Assembly (NCBI GenBank): GCA_965649765.1
Contig: OZ287752.1
Coordinates: 60,574,001 to 60,638,000, forward strand
Direction: 5' to 3'
DNA: 64,000 nucleotides
DNA from: Bispira polyomma
Lineage: Eukaryota
Below are positions 41,320 to 53,787 of this stretch, in pieces. Every line of letters begins with the position of its first letter. The stretch's first letter is position 1. Below the pieces are notes generated by a model that ran no database searches, was not told the origin of the DNA, and was given only the letters and a program-made list of their open reading frames with translations. Position numbers and translations under genes: made by a program.

Positions 41320-42799
41320 TCGTCAAAGTCGGGGCTGCTGCAGATCTTTCTTCACAGTGGAACAGATGTTTGGTGCTATTAGTCTTGTTTTAAAAATATC
41401 TTACAAATGATTAAAAAGATAACCAAAAACAGTGCACAGGTGGAATAAAAAACGAACACAAGTAACTCATATTCCTATCCACGACTCTTTATCCTGATGA
41501 AAACCAGTGAACACCAAAGTAATAGGTATAATGTAACTAACTGAGGTGTCATATTATATGTTCATCAGAATAAATGTTTACATTTCGAGGTTTGCGGTCA
41601 AAGTGCAAGGTCAAAATGATTCAGAGTGTGACATTTATGTTTGGCCACAAGTTTAATATGCTTAATGGGAGTTCCTTCAATTAGCAATAATGGTGATGCC
41701 ACAAGTTGAACCAATGCCGAGGTGATACCACTTCAACTACAGTTACATTTCATTTCAAATTGTGCAAGTAGTCTGAGTTTCTGCCATATTGTTTCAAATA
41801 TGACGGGCCCTCCAGGGAATGAAACAGTATCATGCTGTCCCTGATAAAAAGTCATGATCTCTGAAGTACTCGACCGGGAAAAGGTGGCTACGGAGGAGGG
41901 TATGGAAATGCTAAAAAGGTAGACTTTCAAATAATTCCTAAAACTAGCTAGGGTACAAATTTAAGAGCACTTAACAAATGATAAAAAAAAATTGATTAAT
42001 AGTGTGTCCTTATTTAGTGTTTTTTATATTCAACATATTTCCCAAATCTGGCTTCTGGGAACTTAGCTGTTCGGCCACACCACAACTAATTCAAGATAAC
42101 CTAAGGCTTCCTGTAACCTCAGTACTGCAATATGTGACGTGTGTAGAGGTATGTATAATAATCCACACATTGTAGGGATTTTCACAGTAAGCAGTCTGAA
42201 CTGTTTGGTATCACAATAACCACCAATAGTCAATCTAAACACTAAGTGTAATGGTATCTCTTTGTACGGTTCCCTGCCATTGGGCCAGTGGGAAACCTAC
42301 TTGAAAGAGGAACCACACATGAAACATTGACATTTCCTAGAATTAGGGCGTGGCCTTTTTTATTAGGCGCAGTCTGATGTTGTTTTCATTCTGAAAAGGG
42401 GGCCACCATTGAAATCGGCGCTGGCATCTCAGAAATAATATGCAAGGTCTTTGTGGATTGGTTGGAAGCGACCGACTGGTACAAACTTAAGGGTGTCTGA
42501 GTTATATTATCAGGTGATTATCATGCCTTCATAGATTAGTTAGAAGCAAAAGGCCCAGTTAAACAGAGCGGTATTAGTCACACTGTGTGCAAATGTATTT
42601 TTAAAAAGACAACTCTTGTTTTCTAATCTATCCTTATGTAAACGATGGTTAAATAATAAGAAACATATTGTCCTTTTTGGAGTTATTATCTGCTTAATTA
42701 TTACAGTTATATATCTATTTGATATTTAAAAGAATAATTTCGATTTAAACTGCACATGTCAGACATCTTCACTGATTTCACGATTTAGTATATGTACAT

Positions 42800-43070
42800 A
42801 TGTATGCGGCTTCCGATATACTACTTCCGATTTGCATCATTTTAGTTTAATTGTTCACATTTGTCAGACTGCGAAGTGCTACACACAATTATCCGCCTCC
42901 CAATCCAAAATATTTGGTCCAGGAGCACAATAATCGGGTGAAAATGTAAGATTGCGATGTTTAAGGTGGTAATTCAATAATTTTTATATAAGGAGGGGGT
43001 GTGTGTTTAAGGGGGAAATGAAAAATCACATTTCGCAAATTGGGAGTCGTATTTCAGAAGCCGCATACAT
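42800..43070. mobile_element. MITE, about 270 bp
   Basis: TIRs atgtatgcggcttccgatatactacttccgatttgc ... gcaaattgggagtcgtatttcagaagccgcatacat in a TA-rich flank. Confidence 0.75.
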
Positions 43071-43116
43071 GTGTACATACACTTTGTAAAGCTATATTAA
43101 GAGAATTAAAATCCAG

Positions 43117-43598
43117 GGGCCATATTCACAAAAGGTCTTAGTCTGAAGTTTAACATTTTTTAGGCTACGGCACACCATGGGAAGCGTGAAAGGGAGTTGC
43201 GCCCCTTGCCACCGGACGCTACGGGGTGGGTTAACACCCAGTCTGGTTGCTTGTTGCTGATTAACCAGCTGGTAAGCCCCCCTACCCTTACAACCTTGCT
43301 ATGCCCATAGACTTTACGATTGGATCACTGATTCTGCTGTTGCGCTTTAGAAGATGCCTAGCATCTATAAAGCGTGTCAAAAATGCATAATAATAATAAA
43401 ATAATTTATGTCTAAAATATATAATAAGATTGCCTACTGTAAGTCAAAGTGTTAAGAGCAAAGTTAACACTAAGCAAACATCTTTTCTTACTGTCACTGG
43501 GACTAAGAGCAAATTATTAACCTTTTCGGCCAAAATCAAAGACCAAAATCTCAAGCTTAAAACTAAGTCATGACTGAGACCTTTTGTGAAAACGGCCT
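43117..43598. mobile_element. MITE with a CAG TSD, carrying a nested retroposon 3' end (about 43163-43405); related MITE at about 27797-27942
   Basis: TIRs gggccatattcacaaaaggtcttagtc ... gactgagaccttttgtgaaaacggcct, with CAG on both sides. The insert ends in gcgctttagaagatgcctagcatctataaagcg...(AAT)n, also seen at about 59980-60085. Confidence 0.75.
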
Positions 43599-44289
43599 CA
43601 GTTTTCAAGTTAAACTTGCTATTGACAGAGAATTACTATACTCGACGTTTACAGTTCATGTTAACCTTGCTCCATTGGTTATTCCAGACATGAATGTATT
43701 TCAAAAATAAATTTGATCCGGATTTCATGGAGCGTCTAATCTCTCATTCACACCCGGATAGATACTCACATGCGCATGCAATCCATTGAAAAAATTGATC
43801 ACTATGAGTTTTTTGTTTTTGGTGATGATGTCGTTATTGGGGGGGGGGGGGGGGGGGGGAAGCACTAGCACACGTAATAACAGAAATAAACACAAACGGT
43901 GAAAATACCTACAAAAAAAAAAAAAAATGCAGAAGGGCAATCTTCTGTGAAAAGAGACGTGTCAACTCGAGGTTGCCTGATTTCATCTCAAACAGACCAA
44001 GGGCTTTAACCATCACAGGGATTAATGTTTATTTGTGTCATCAGTTGTAGGGCAAGTTGATATTTCTATACTTAATGACCCTTGACAGTAGTTACACAAC
44101 ATCATCACTTTGTTGATAGTCCTAATGAATGATTGAGACCATATTAATATCTAAGGCTTAGGATGAAAGGAGGGTTGTAACTCCTGAATAACACGCATCA
44201 AATACAACAACTGGTGTCAGTGTCTTGTGTAAATGGCATCAGTTTTCAAATGATGTTAACCTGAGTTTGTGGACATGTACCTAAAGTCA

Positions 44290-44725
44290 TTCCACTCACT
44301 CCCTGTTTAGTATCGGTGTATTTTTAAAACTGCTACAATAGTATATAAGTTTCTTGGTTGGGGTTTGCCTAAATACTTTGAACCACACTTACCAGGTGAG
44401 CTGCTCCTAAAAACAGATTCCTCAATATATAAGTCCAAAGTGCACAGGTCAAAGGTTCACTTTGATAAAAGTTTTGCAAATGATGCTCCTACCCTATGGA
44501 ATAGTTTGCCTCAACACATTAGGACAGCTCCGTTTAAGGACCTATCTTTTCAATGATAAATCCCCCTCATAGTCTCCTTCCTGTTCTCGGTGGACGTAAT
44601 GATGACGACTTCCTTCTGTCCATCACCAATGATTTTAGGCTCTGTTTGTGGTTTTTTGCACCTTAGAATTTGTTACAACAAAAATAAGCAGTAAAAAATT
44701 CTGATATATTATTAATATTATTACG
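44290..44725 (+). mobile_element. L2/CR1-group LINE 3' fragment
   Basis: Degenerate ORF2 C-terminus HSLPV*YRCIFKTATIVYKFL...PKYF...FANDAPTLWNSLPQHIRTA matches the LHWLPV..RI.FK / AP.LWN.LP..IR pattern. AT-rich tail. Confidence 0.8.
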
Positions 44726-47700
44726 CTAAATTGATTATAATAATGCATATTGTACATTTACTAGACCAGAGGAAATATCATTTAAAAATTTAGACATTGA
44801 AAGGAAATAATCTTTGAAAACATGAATAGAAGTAGTATAGTAATAGTCATGAAAAAATGTTGATCATGTATTATTTTAATATTAAGTAAGTGATAATTTT
44901 TAAATCTTAAATACAACCTTAAGGATTATTCCTTAAATTTTACTATCATGGTCCTTTGCTTTTAACTATTTTTTACAGAAGTCTCAAACATCCTTGCATT
45001 TATATTACATGAGGCGGGGCAGGGCGGCCAAAAACGTTAAGGTTTGGTAAAATAAAAATATACTTTCACATACAAGCGGTGTGACAATAAGCAGTGCAGC
45101 ATGACTGTTTCTATTTTTTTTTTAATTTTCATTTTAAAAACTGACACACCGGATTCGGTACAATTTTTAGCTTTTTTCATCAGGATTTTGGAACTTTCCA
45201 ATTTTAATCTTATGAGATTGTTCTATGAAAAATTAAATTAAGCTTGAAATGTGCAGAATAAAAAGGCTTTTTATTTCTAATATAACGTTTAAATTACCCT
45301 AATTCAAGGTCCTTAACTCTGTTAATAAAAGCTATATAACAGCTTATATAGCAGCAACCCATTCATAAATCATCCTCGAAGTAACTCGTTCTGTCGAACG
45401 AACACCACTATAACATAGTCTGGGTCATCATCTGTAAGCAATAGCATGGTCACATCTTGTTATCCCACCAATGAACCTAGCTGCATTTGTATGAATTGAA
45501 CCAGGGACTGTCCGATCATTAACCCCCAACCACGACTCGAACCAGTGACCTTTAAATCACATGACCAACCCACTAACCACTATGCCACAGAAGACCACAA
45601 ACAACTACTTGATGTAATTGCTTGATGTTAGTACCTTGCTTTATAGCTTTTTATACAAACATATTGACTGTTATTATTATTAGGCATTTTAAACATACCT
45701 CGTTAATGTTAGGCCTCTTCCAGAGCACAACAACAGAATCAGTTAACCATTCATGTAGTCCATAAACATAACCGTGTCGTAAAGAAGGATGTGGGGGGGG
45801 GGGTGTACGTACAAGTGGGAATTAAGGGGGGAAATGCAAGCTAAAAGAAACAATTTTTTCCCCTAAAATTGTTCCTAGTGATCCAAGCTCAAATGGGAGA
45901 CTGTTCCATAACATGGGAAATTCTATGGGGAAAGCTCTGCATCCACCCTTGTTGGTGGTTTTAACATAGGAAACAAAAAGTATATTACCTCTCTCTCTCT
46001 TTCAGGTTACTAAAAGAAAGAATCAAAGTGAGGTAGGAGGGATGTTCAGTAAATAAAGCCATAAAAGTGGTGACATGGATTTTTGGGGAGCCAATGTAGT
46101 TTTTGATGTATGCAGTGCCTTTGATAAGAGTGTCCTGGCCAAAAAATTTACCCTGCTATAATTAACTAATTTAATCTACCATGTCCAGAGATACACAACC
46201 TTGTATTGTCTTACCATACTGATCTTGTCTGGCTACCAATACGATCAGCAATAGCAAGTGTCAAGATTAACAATACCTTGCACTTATCTATAACAAGGGT
46301 CCAGTATCTGATTACTACTTCTTTATAATGAGACATGTGTCTTAATTAATTAATTGTTAATTAAATAAATAAATAAATAAATAACAAGCTTGATTGTGTT
46401 ACCCACTGGGATATTATAACGTCCAAAAGAATTTAAACAAGCAAATTGTAGATGTTTCTGTAAATATATCTGTAGTTCTCGGCAAAAAGTGTCCATTGTA
46501 ATAAGTGTGTACACTTTGGTGTACTTTGTTCAAAATAGTCTATACTTTTATAACAAGTAATATCTAACATCTAGTAATATGTAAAATATATGGCTAATCT
46601 ATTTCCTCGGCGCACACACCACAAACATTATTCAAACAATTTAAGACTGCCTTAGGAAACATAATGTGCTCGTCCAATGCTCAATTTCAATGTCTTCGAT
46701 AATAAATTACAAGAAAATTCAGTTATAGCTGCCTGAGTGTTTAATGTAAAAATTGACGAGTGTGATAGAATAAACTATATATGAAAAATATGCATTGCTT
46801 AACACTAATAGGTTATGTACATACTTTAATATTATATACTTAATTTAGGTGTGGAATCTAGGTCAAAATACCTAGGGTATCCGCCAATATTATTTTTTAA
46901 GCCTTATGATGTGCTCACATATATAGTGTATTATTCTGAGCCAGTTATAACTGTCGGTTAAATAAACAAGTTATAATGTCTGTATGTGTTTATTCTTTGA
47001 ATGTTAAAAATCACAACTATATAACAGCATTAACAGGTAGTACTTTAAGCGTATATAGCATATCATATAAGGGTACGTTATGTTCATGATAAGATAAGTA
47101 ATTGGATATAATTATTTTATGAAATACACTGTCCATGGTTTGTACTGATGAGTTATATAAACGATAGCTTTGCATATTTCATGTATTTAAAAACAACAAA
47201 CAATTGACATATTTGATTACCTAATCAATCTATGTGAAGTGGTTTGCTGAAACTAAATAAATTCAAGAATGGTAACATAGCTCTGAGTAAGTCATAACGA
47301 GCTCATGTGGCCATCAAAACAAAAAGGTTATGTTATATCACAGATTACAGGAATTATGTTGGAAATAACTTTTAATCAGAATATATTTGCATTTCAAAAA
47401 CTTAAAATTATAATAAAAATGTGATTTGATTTATAAAATACATTCCAGGTTGATACTTGCTGTTATTTATATTAGTCTGCACAGATCTTTTGGTTGTTTT
47501 TAATTTGTATGGGTCAAAGAGATGTTGGAGAAAGCACTCTTCACTTCCATCACTTTGTACATATTACTCTTATAGGTTAAGAATTGTTTCTTATATGATA
47601 TCAATAGCAGACGCAAAACTAGCAATGGACTCTGCCCTGCAAAAATATCAACGCATAATGTCAATGTTCAACATATTTTAGAGGCCCTATTAATTGAAAA

Positions 47701-49083
47701 TACAGTTATATATTGCTACATAATATAGGTTAATAATTTAGTATTTATAAATACAATAGATAAGTAAAGATAAAAATTAAGGAATAAACATTTATTAACA
47801 TTCATATAACACCTAAATACATCAACGAAAACCAGCTGAATTAATAATATTATTAATAATAATAATAATAATATAGTTTACTTACTGATAATACATTTAA
47901 TTATAACATTTATGGATATATTGAGAAGTCTCATATGCAGGAATCCTATGTTGTACACAGTATATGATTACATTATAGTAATGTCCTCATCATAGTAATC
48001 TCTTCAATAACTACACTTCATTCTAGGTATATATGCAAGCATTGGTTTCACACACAGGAGTTTCTTTTGGAAAGCCAAACTAGCATAAATAATACAGCAT
48101 ACTTACTGATAATATTAAAGTCCAACAAATGTCCTTCTAATATATGTTGCATTATTGTGCTTTTCTTTGATATATTTCCTTAAACTTAGTGCAAACAACC
48201 AAACACTCTGTATTGAGACAATAATTGTGAACTGTTTTACATTGCTCATCTCATTTTTGGCTGAGCTTTAGTTGGCACCAGTTTGGAATCTTTTAAATAT
48301 AGCACCGGAGTACATTAAACTCTAGCCATCAACTTGACCTAGTTTGTTTTGGGTTTCTCTTTTTATTGTAGTGTATTGTTGTCTAAAGAAGCAACAGTCA
48401 CTTTGATTAGATAAAGTGTGTGTTACTATAAATAGATTTACTGCACTTTTCCTCATTGTCTTTGGCCTACATTTTGATATTTGGGTCGGTTACATCTCAC
48501 CAAAGTTACAGCACTTCGCAGTAAGAATTATTATGGCAATAGATTTTGTTGGTAGTAAAGATAACCTCAAAGAGTTAATGTAACTTTTGGTAAGAGATGA
48601 CCCCAGAATCCACATTTAGCATTCAATCCCTGACCTGGTTCAGAAACAGTGTATATTTCCAAAGTACTTTGACCTCTCAGCAAAATTCCTATTTTTAGAG
48701 ATTGACCTATTTAGGGTATCAAGTCATGTACTAACTATGTAGTTTTTGTAAGAAACAATAATTAAATCCAGAAAATTTCCCAACTCAAAATTTATATTTG
48801 CACTTGTGATTGAAACTGATTAAAAATAAAACCCGATTTTAATAAATAACTTAGAAGTTGCAAAGTATTGAGATTTTACTTAGCCAAAGATTACACCAGA
48901 CTACTCCCGATCATTAGAACTTGGCTTATCGGGAGAAAATGGGGGAACATGCTTATTTGCATATCATTCACCAGATCATGCCCAAGATATGCCCAGTTTA
49001 TACCCAGAACCAGTTTATGCTCAGAATATGCCCAGATTTAACCAGATCCCACAAATGTTATGACCAGACCATTCCAGATCTAA

Positions 49084-49554
49084 TGGGGTGTTCACATAGT
49101 CCAAGTTCACGCCCTGGCATCGCCCCGGCATTGCTGTTCACTCAAGACCTAAAGAACTTGTCTGAACTTGGCCGATTGGGCGAGAAAAAGCGGGAAAATG
49201 GTTGAAGTTTTCTCAAGTTTTTTCCAGTTCTGGCCAGATCACACAAGTTTTAAGCAGTTTAAGTCTCGTTTACACAAGTTCTAAGCAGTTCTACTTCCAT
49301 TCACACCCCAGCATCGCCCCAGCATCGCCCCAGCATAGCCGTTTTCTCAAGTTCTCTTAAGATGTGTTTTCAGAGCTGTCCTCCCACGGAAGTTTTGAAC
49401 ATATTCAAAATTTCCATCGGTAGCTCCTGTTCTTGTCGTTTGCCCCAGTTCTACCCCCGTTGATGCCCAGTTCTCAGACGTTTGTTTAAGTTCTCACACG
49501 TTCTCAGAACAGGTGAAGAACGGGTCCAAGAATGCGGACAGTGTGAATGCCCCA
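49084..49554. mobile_element. PIF/Harbinger-like non-autonomous element nested in a related older element (about 48890-49802)
   Basis: TIRs tggggtgttcacatagtcc ... ggacagtgtgaatgcccca with a TAA TSD (49081-83, 49555-57). Internal ccccagcatcg repeats. The outer element ends gtgtgaatgccaca|ttaa. Confidence 0.7.
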
Positions 49555-50833
49555 TAAGCAGTTTATCACACGTTTATGCAATGTTTACTCCAGATTACAC
49601 CAGTCCTGTCCAGATCAGACATGTTTTGAGCAGTTTATGCCCTGTTTAAGCCTCGACCACATCCCTTGTATCCAGTTCTCTCTAGATGTTCTTTTAGAGC
49701 CAACCACCCATGTAAGTCTTGAACATGTTCAAAATTTTAAGCTCTGCCTTCCATTCTTGCTGGAGTAAACGGCTCTATAGAGCAAAAAGGTGTGAATGCC
49801 ACATTAATAAAACTAGCTAATCCACTAAGCCTAAGTTTCTATCCAGGCGACATGTCACTAGTGCACTAATAACTATATATACTATACTGAAATACTATAA
49901 CATATATCTGAAATAAAATTCAGATGTTTTTCTTTAAATTTCTCACATTTTTTCAACGAAATCTTCCTCAGAATAGAAATACTAAAGTCACTGATCACCT
50001 GTCGCCAGTCACTCACCACCTAAATGGGAACATAGGTTAATTCTGTTGTCTAACCCTTTGGTTGGATGTCTGTATACCATTTTCGCATGACTCACGTATT
50101 AAATTTAAATATGATGTTTCTACCGTTTAGTTGTATAGATTAAAGACACAAACAATGAAACTGTCATCGATTGAGCATTTTCCTCCTATTGTTTTTAGAG
50201 AGAGATAAATCAACCTTGGTGCTATGTCATCTGTGTAGCCACGCAGTTACAAAGAAATATATAGCAGTGATTTTAGATAAGAAAGAAAACATGATTATTT
50301 TTGTTTACATATGTAACAAATATATCAACTGAGAGATTAAAAACAAGGGCAATATTTATGTGAAAAAATACATAATGCTTTAGCTTATCCAATTTAAAAT
50401 GTGTATGTAAGCAAAACTACGCAGATATATAAAAATGCTCTTAGGAATTTGCATTTAATTGGGTTTTATGTCACTTTCAACATCTTGGTCATATAATGAT
50501 GGTCAGATTTATTAGTACAGAAAACCACCACTACATGTATTTTTACTTAGGCACTACTTTTTTGCACTTTTGTCACTAATTGTATTTTAATACTTGTAGT
50601 TAAACATCTGTAGTCTAATAAATTAGTATCTCCAAAACTGCTTGATTACTGTGTTTATAGACCTGTGGCATACTGTGCCCGAATGTGCAACGTTGAGCTT
50701 TCTGTTCAGTGTGACCACACCATTGCGAGCCGCCAAGTAATTAGTATGTTGATGGCATTTGTTACTGTCTTCTAAGTTTATGGATAATGAGAACATGTAT
50801 ACAAAGACATTTTTCCTCTTACCCCACCCTAGT

Positions 50834-51019
50834 AGAGTAGAACCTCTATTATCTGAACCCCCTATTATCCGAATTTCAAGTTTGCAAACTCATGTTCATT
50901 CTCCCAAACTTATTTTTTGCTGTTGTTTTGTACTAAAATCCCACTTCTATTTGACAGACCTTTTATCCAAACAAATTCTCACCCTTCCAAGATGTCTTTA
51001 AAACGAAAGTTCTACTGTA
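50834..51019. mobile_element. Tc1/mariner-pogo (Tigger-like) MITE
   Basis: Ends ta(g)agtagaacctctattatctgaac ... taaaacgaaagttctactgta with TA flanks. Confidence 0.6.
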
Positions 51020-51112
51020 CATACCTTTAGTTAAAGGTAGATGTATATCTTCCCTAGTTAGGGCTCTCTTAACTAGTTATGTGTGTTATTATTATAATAA
51101 TCATGTTATACA

Positions 51113-51272
51113 TGGGTGAGGTCCTCTGTTGCCGAGTGGTTAGAAAGTTTGGCATCTAATCACAGGCTGTCACCTCTATGTGGATTCGCCTTCCACAAGT
51201 GACAAATGCTGTGGGTCTGTCCCAATATGACCCTGGCTGTTGAACGGGACGTAAAACCGTCAACTTTGAATT
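51113..51272 (+). mobile_element. Short tRNA-derived SINE
   Basis: A-box-like TTGCCGAGTGGTTAG and B-box-like GATTCGCCTTCC; tail GCTGTTGAACGGGACGTAAAAC; gttatacatgggt on both sides is a probable TSD. Confidence 0.75.
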
Positions 51273-52356
51273 CGTTATACATGGGTATGTTATTGCCAAG
51301 CCCACTAACTCTAACTGTAAAAGTTAATTTGCACTCGTATATTGTGGGTATCCATATATGGTCGGCAGTTTACAGCACAGAACTAGTTTCTTCCACCATT
51401 AAATCTGGCCGTTGTGATATGACCTAAGCTGTTGAAAATGACGTAAAACCCAACTAAATTTAAATTTCTGAGTTAAACATGTCCAAAACACACCTTTTTT
51501 GTTACCACACGCCAGGGCTGAGATATAAACCATAGAATGCTGAGGTGGTAGTCGAATGTGATAATTCTAAACTACCGAGCCCTCACCGAGTTATATTTTC
51601 ATCTGTATCTGTTGGTCGGTTTGGTCGGTTTGTTAACAAGATTTATCCAACACTGTTCATATTTGGCAAAGCATAGAGCATTGCCCAAGCAAAAAAAAGC
51701 ATACAGTTTTAGATGGGACCCAAGTAGATGGTAGTATTTAGATTTTGGGGCCTTGGCGGAGGTATGCATTCTAGTAAGTGCTATTCTAGCTGCATAAATA
51801 AGTGTGTTAGTTGAATCTTAAAGTCGTAATTTACACACAATAAACCTCTTAGGTCCAGTCTCCCAAAACCTCTAACGGCTGCATGCAATAGAATCATAAA
51901 TAATACTGGACAAGTGAAGTGTCAGCCCAGAAGTCAGGGTAGGTCATTGGGGGTGGGGGGTGGGGGTTTATAATCTACTAGATTTTATGGTGGCTATGGG
52001 GTAAGATTTTAATCTTGGGTTTGGGGTCTATGACTGCCTATTAATAGACGGAAATAGGGATCAGGTGTTAATGTCAAAAATTATAATTTACAGATTCCTG
52101 TTCTATGCATGTGCATCACATAGAAACACATCAATAATTGACAAAAAATGGCATCATTCGGAATCCCACATTTTATTGACTTAGCGTAGAGATGTACCTG
52201 CAACTAATTTGAATAGCCACACAAACAAAGATTTTTATGGGTACATTATGCAGCTTGCTGTAACAAAATATAAACAAATCAAAAACAGGTTTAAACAGGT
52301 TGAACCATTTTATTCCGACAACGCCTACACGTTTCAGTAATATTATTTTTTTAATT

Positions 52357-52730
52357 TTTAATTTTTGGTTTACTCATTTTTTTTTTTACTCATTTAAAGT
52401 CACAATATCACAGTCACGCATAGAGCACCAACATAAATTGGGGTTGTTGTAACATTTTTGCCACGTTTACCACTTACGTTTCAGTAATAATAAATGTGTT
52501 CTATTTTTAATCATATATATTACCTCATATATTATTGATATTCATTAATTTTTGGTTTACTCATTTTTTTTTTTACTCATTTAAAGTCACAATATCACAG
52601 TCACGCATAGAGCACCAACATGAATCGGGGTTGTTGTAACATTTTTGCCAGATTTACCACTTACGTTTAAGTAATAATAAATGTATTCTATTTTTAATCA
52701 TATATATTACCTCATATATTATTGATATTC
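52357..52730. repeat. Recent two-copy tandem duplication, 187-bp period
   Basis: Near-identical copies; ggtttactcat starts at 52367 and 52554. Confidence 0.92.
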
Positions 52731-53514
52731 TCTTGTCATATATTTATATAATACAAGTTACTTGGACAATACTAATATTATGATGCAGCCAAGCATTATC
52801 TCACAATTAAATTTAATTGCCACACTCTTTAACACATGCAAGTAAGTTACAGCCATTTAGTAAATCTGAAATAGAAATGTGCAGGGCTGAGATTGTGAAT
52901 GTGAAATGGTGAGAAATATGGAGGGTGAGAGAAACATTGTAAATATCTGTTTTAGTTATAACACATAAATCATCATGATCGACTAGATAAAAGTAACATT
53001 AGTATCTATTTGACTGTACAAATAAGGCACATATAAATCATTATAGAGGCACTTTACCACTACCCTGTATTCTTACAGGGGTGACAGTTTTAACGTCCAG
53101 TGAAGGTAGTATAAAGTTTTATTTAGGCCACATTAGCGTGACCAGTGCACATTTAGACCACAGATCTAGTATTTCTGCCGTGTGAATTCAAATAAAAGGC
53201 ACTGCAGGTTTTATGTTCCTTCTGAGCAATAATTAATGCCAATATTTACATTTACCATTACCATTCTCATTCCTTATAGTGTTGGGTTTCATTGTGCATC
53301 GTTAACTTGTCGTCACCAGTCTGAGGTCAATAACTGGACAAGGTCTATTTTCTCCATAAAAGTGTTGGAGCAGTTAAAGTCCAGGTACATGGAACAAGAT
53401 CACCTGCACCCTGTACATAAAAAGAGGTACCTAAAAGAGCCTGAGCAGAGCTTAACATTATACTCTGGAGTCAATAGCTTTAAAACAAGCTATGGAAGAC
53501 ACAGAAGTCCGTAC

Positions 53515-53787
53515 AAAGGCGATTTTGCCTACTTCACACTTTAACCCCTGTTCATAACAAGGCTATTCTATTCTGTTTAAATCCATTCCATACTACGGCT
53601 ATTCTGCCTACTTTACATTTTAGCCTCTGTTCATACCAGGACTATTCTGCCTACCTTACACTTTAATCTCTGTTCATACCAAGGCTATTCTGCTTACTTT
53701 ACACTTTTACCCTTGTTCATACCAAGGCCATTCTGCCTAATTTACACCTTAACCTGTGTTCACACAAAGACTATCCTGCCTACTTAC
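53515..53787. repeat. 43-bp minisatellite, about 6 diverged copies
   Basis: Unit approximately TTCTGCCTACTTTACACTTTAACCTCTGTTCATACCAAGGCTA; ends at the LTR element insertion site. Confidence 0.85.

Noticed and set aside
41780-41930. GC-richer coding-like patch (MISEVLDREKVATEEGMEMLK)
   Set aside because: Interrupted by stops with no recognisable domain or clean acceptor; at most a decayed transposon fragment.
43838-43859. Poly-G/poly-C runs (also 9376-9389, 12219-12242) as functional G-quadruplexes
   Set aside because: They are simple homopolymers with no other evidence of function.
53061-53082. TACCCTGTA hairpin resembling miR-10
   Set aside because: Only the first 9 nt match, and the hairpin is far too short for a pre-miRNA.
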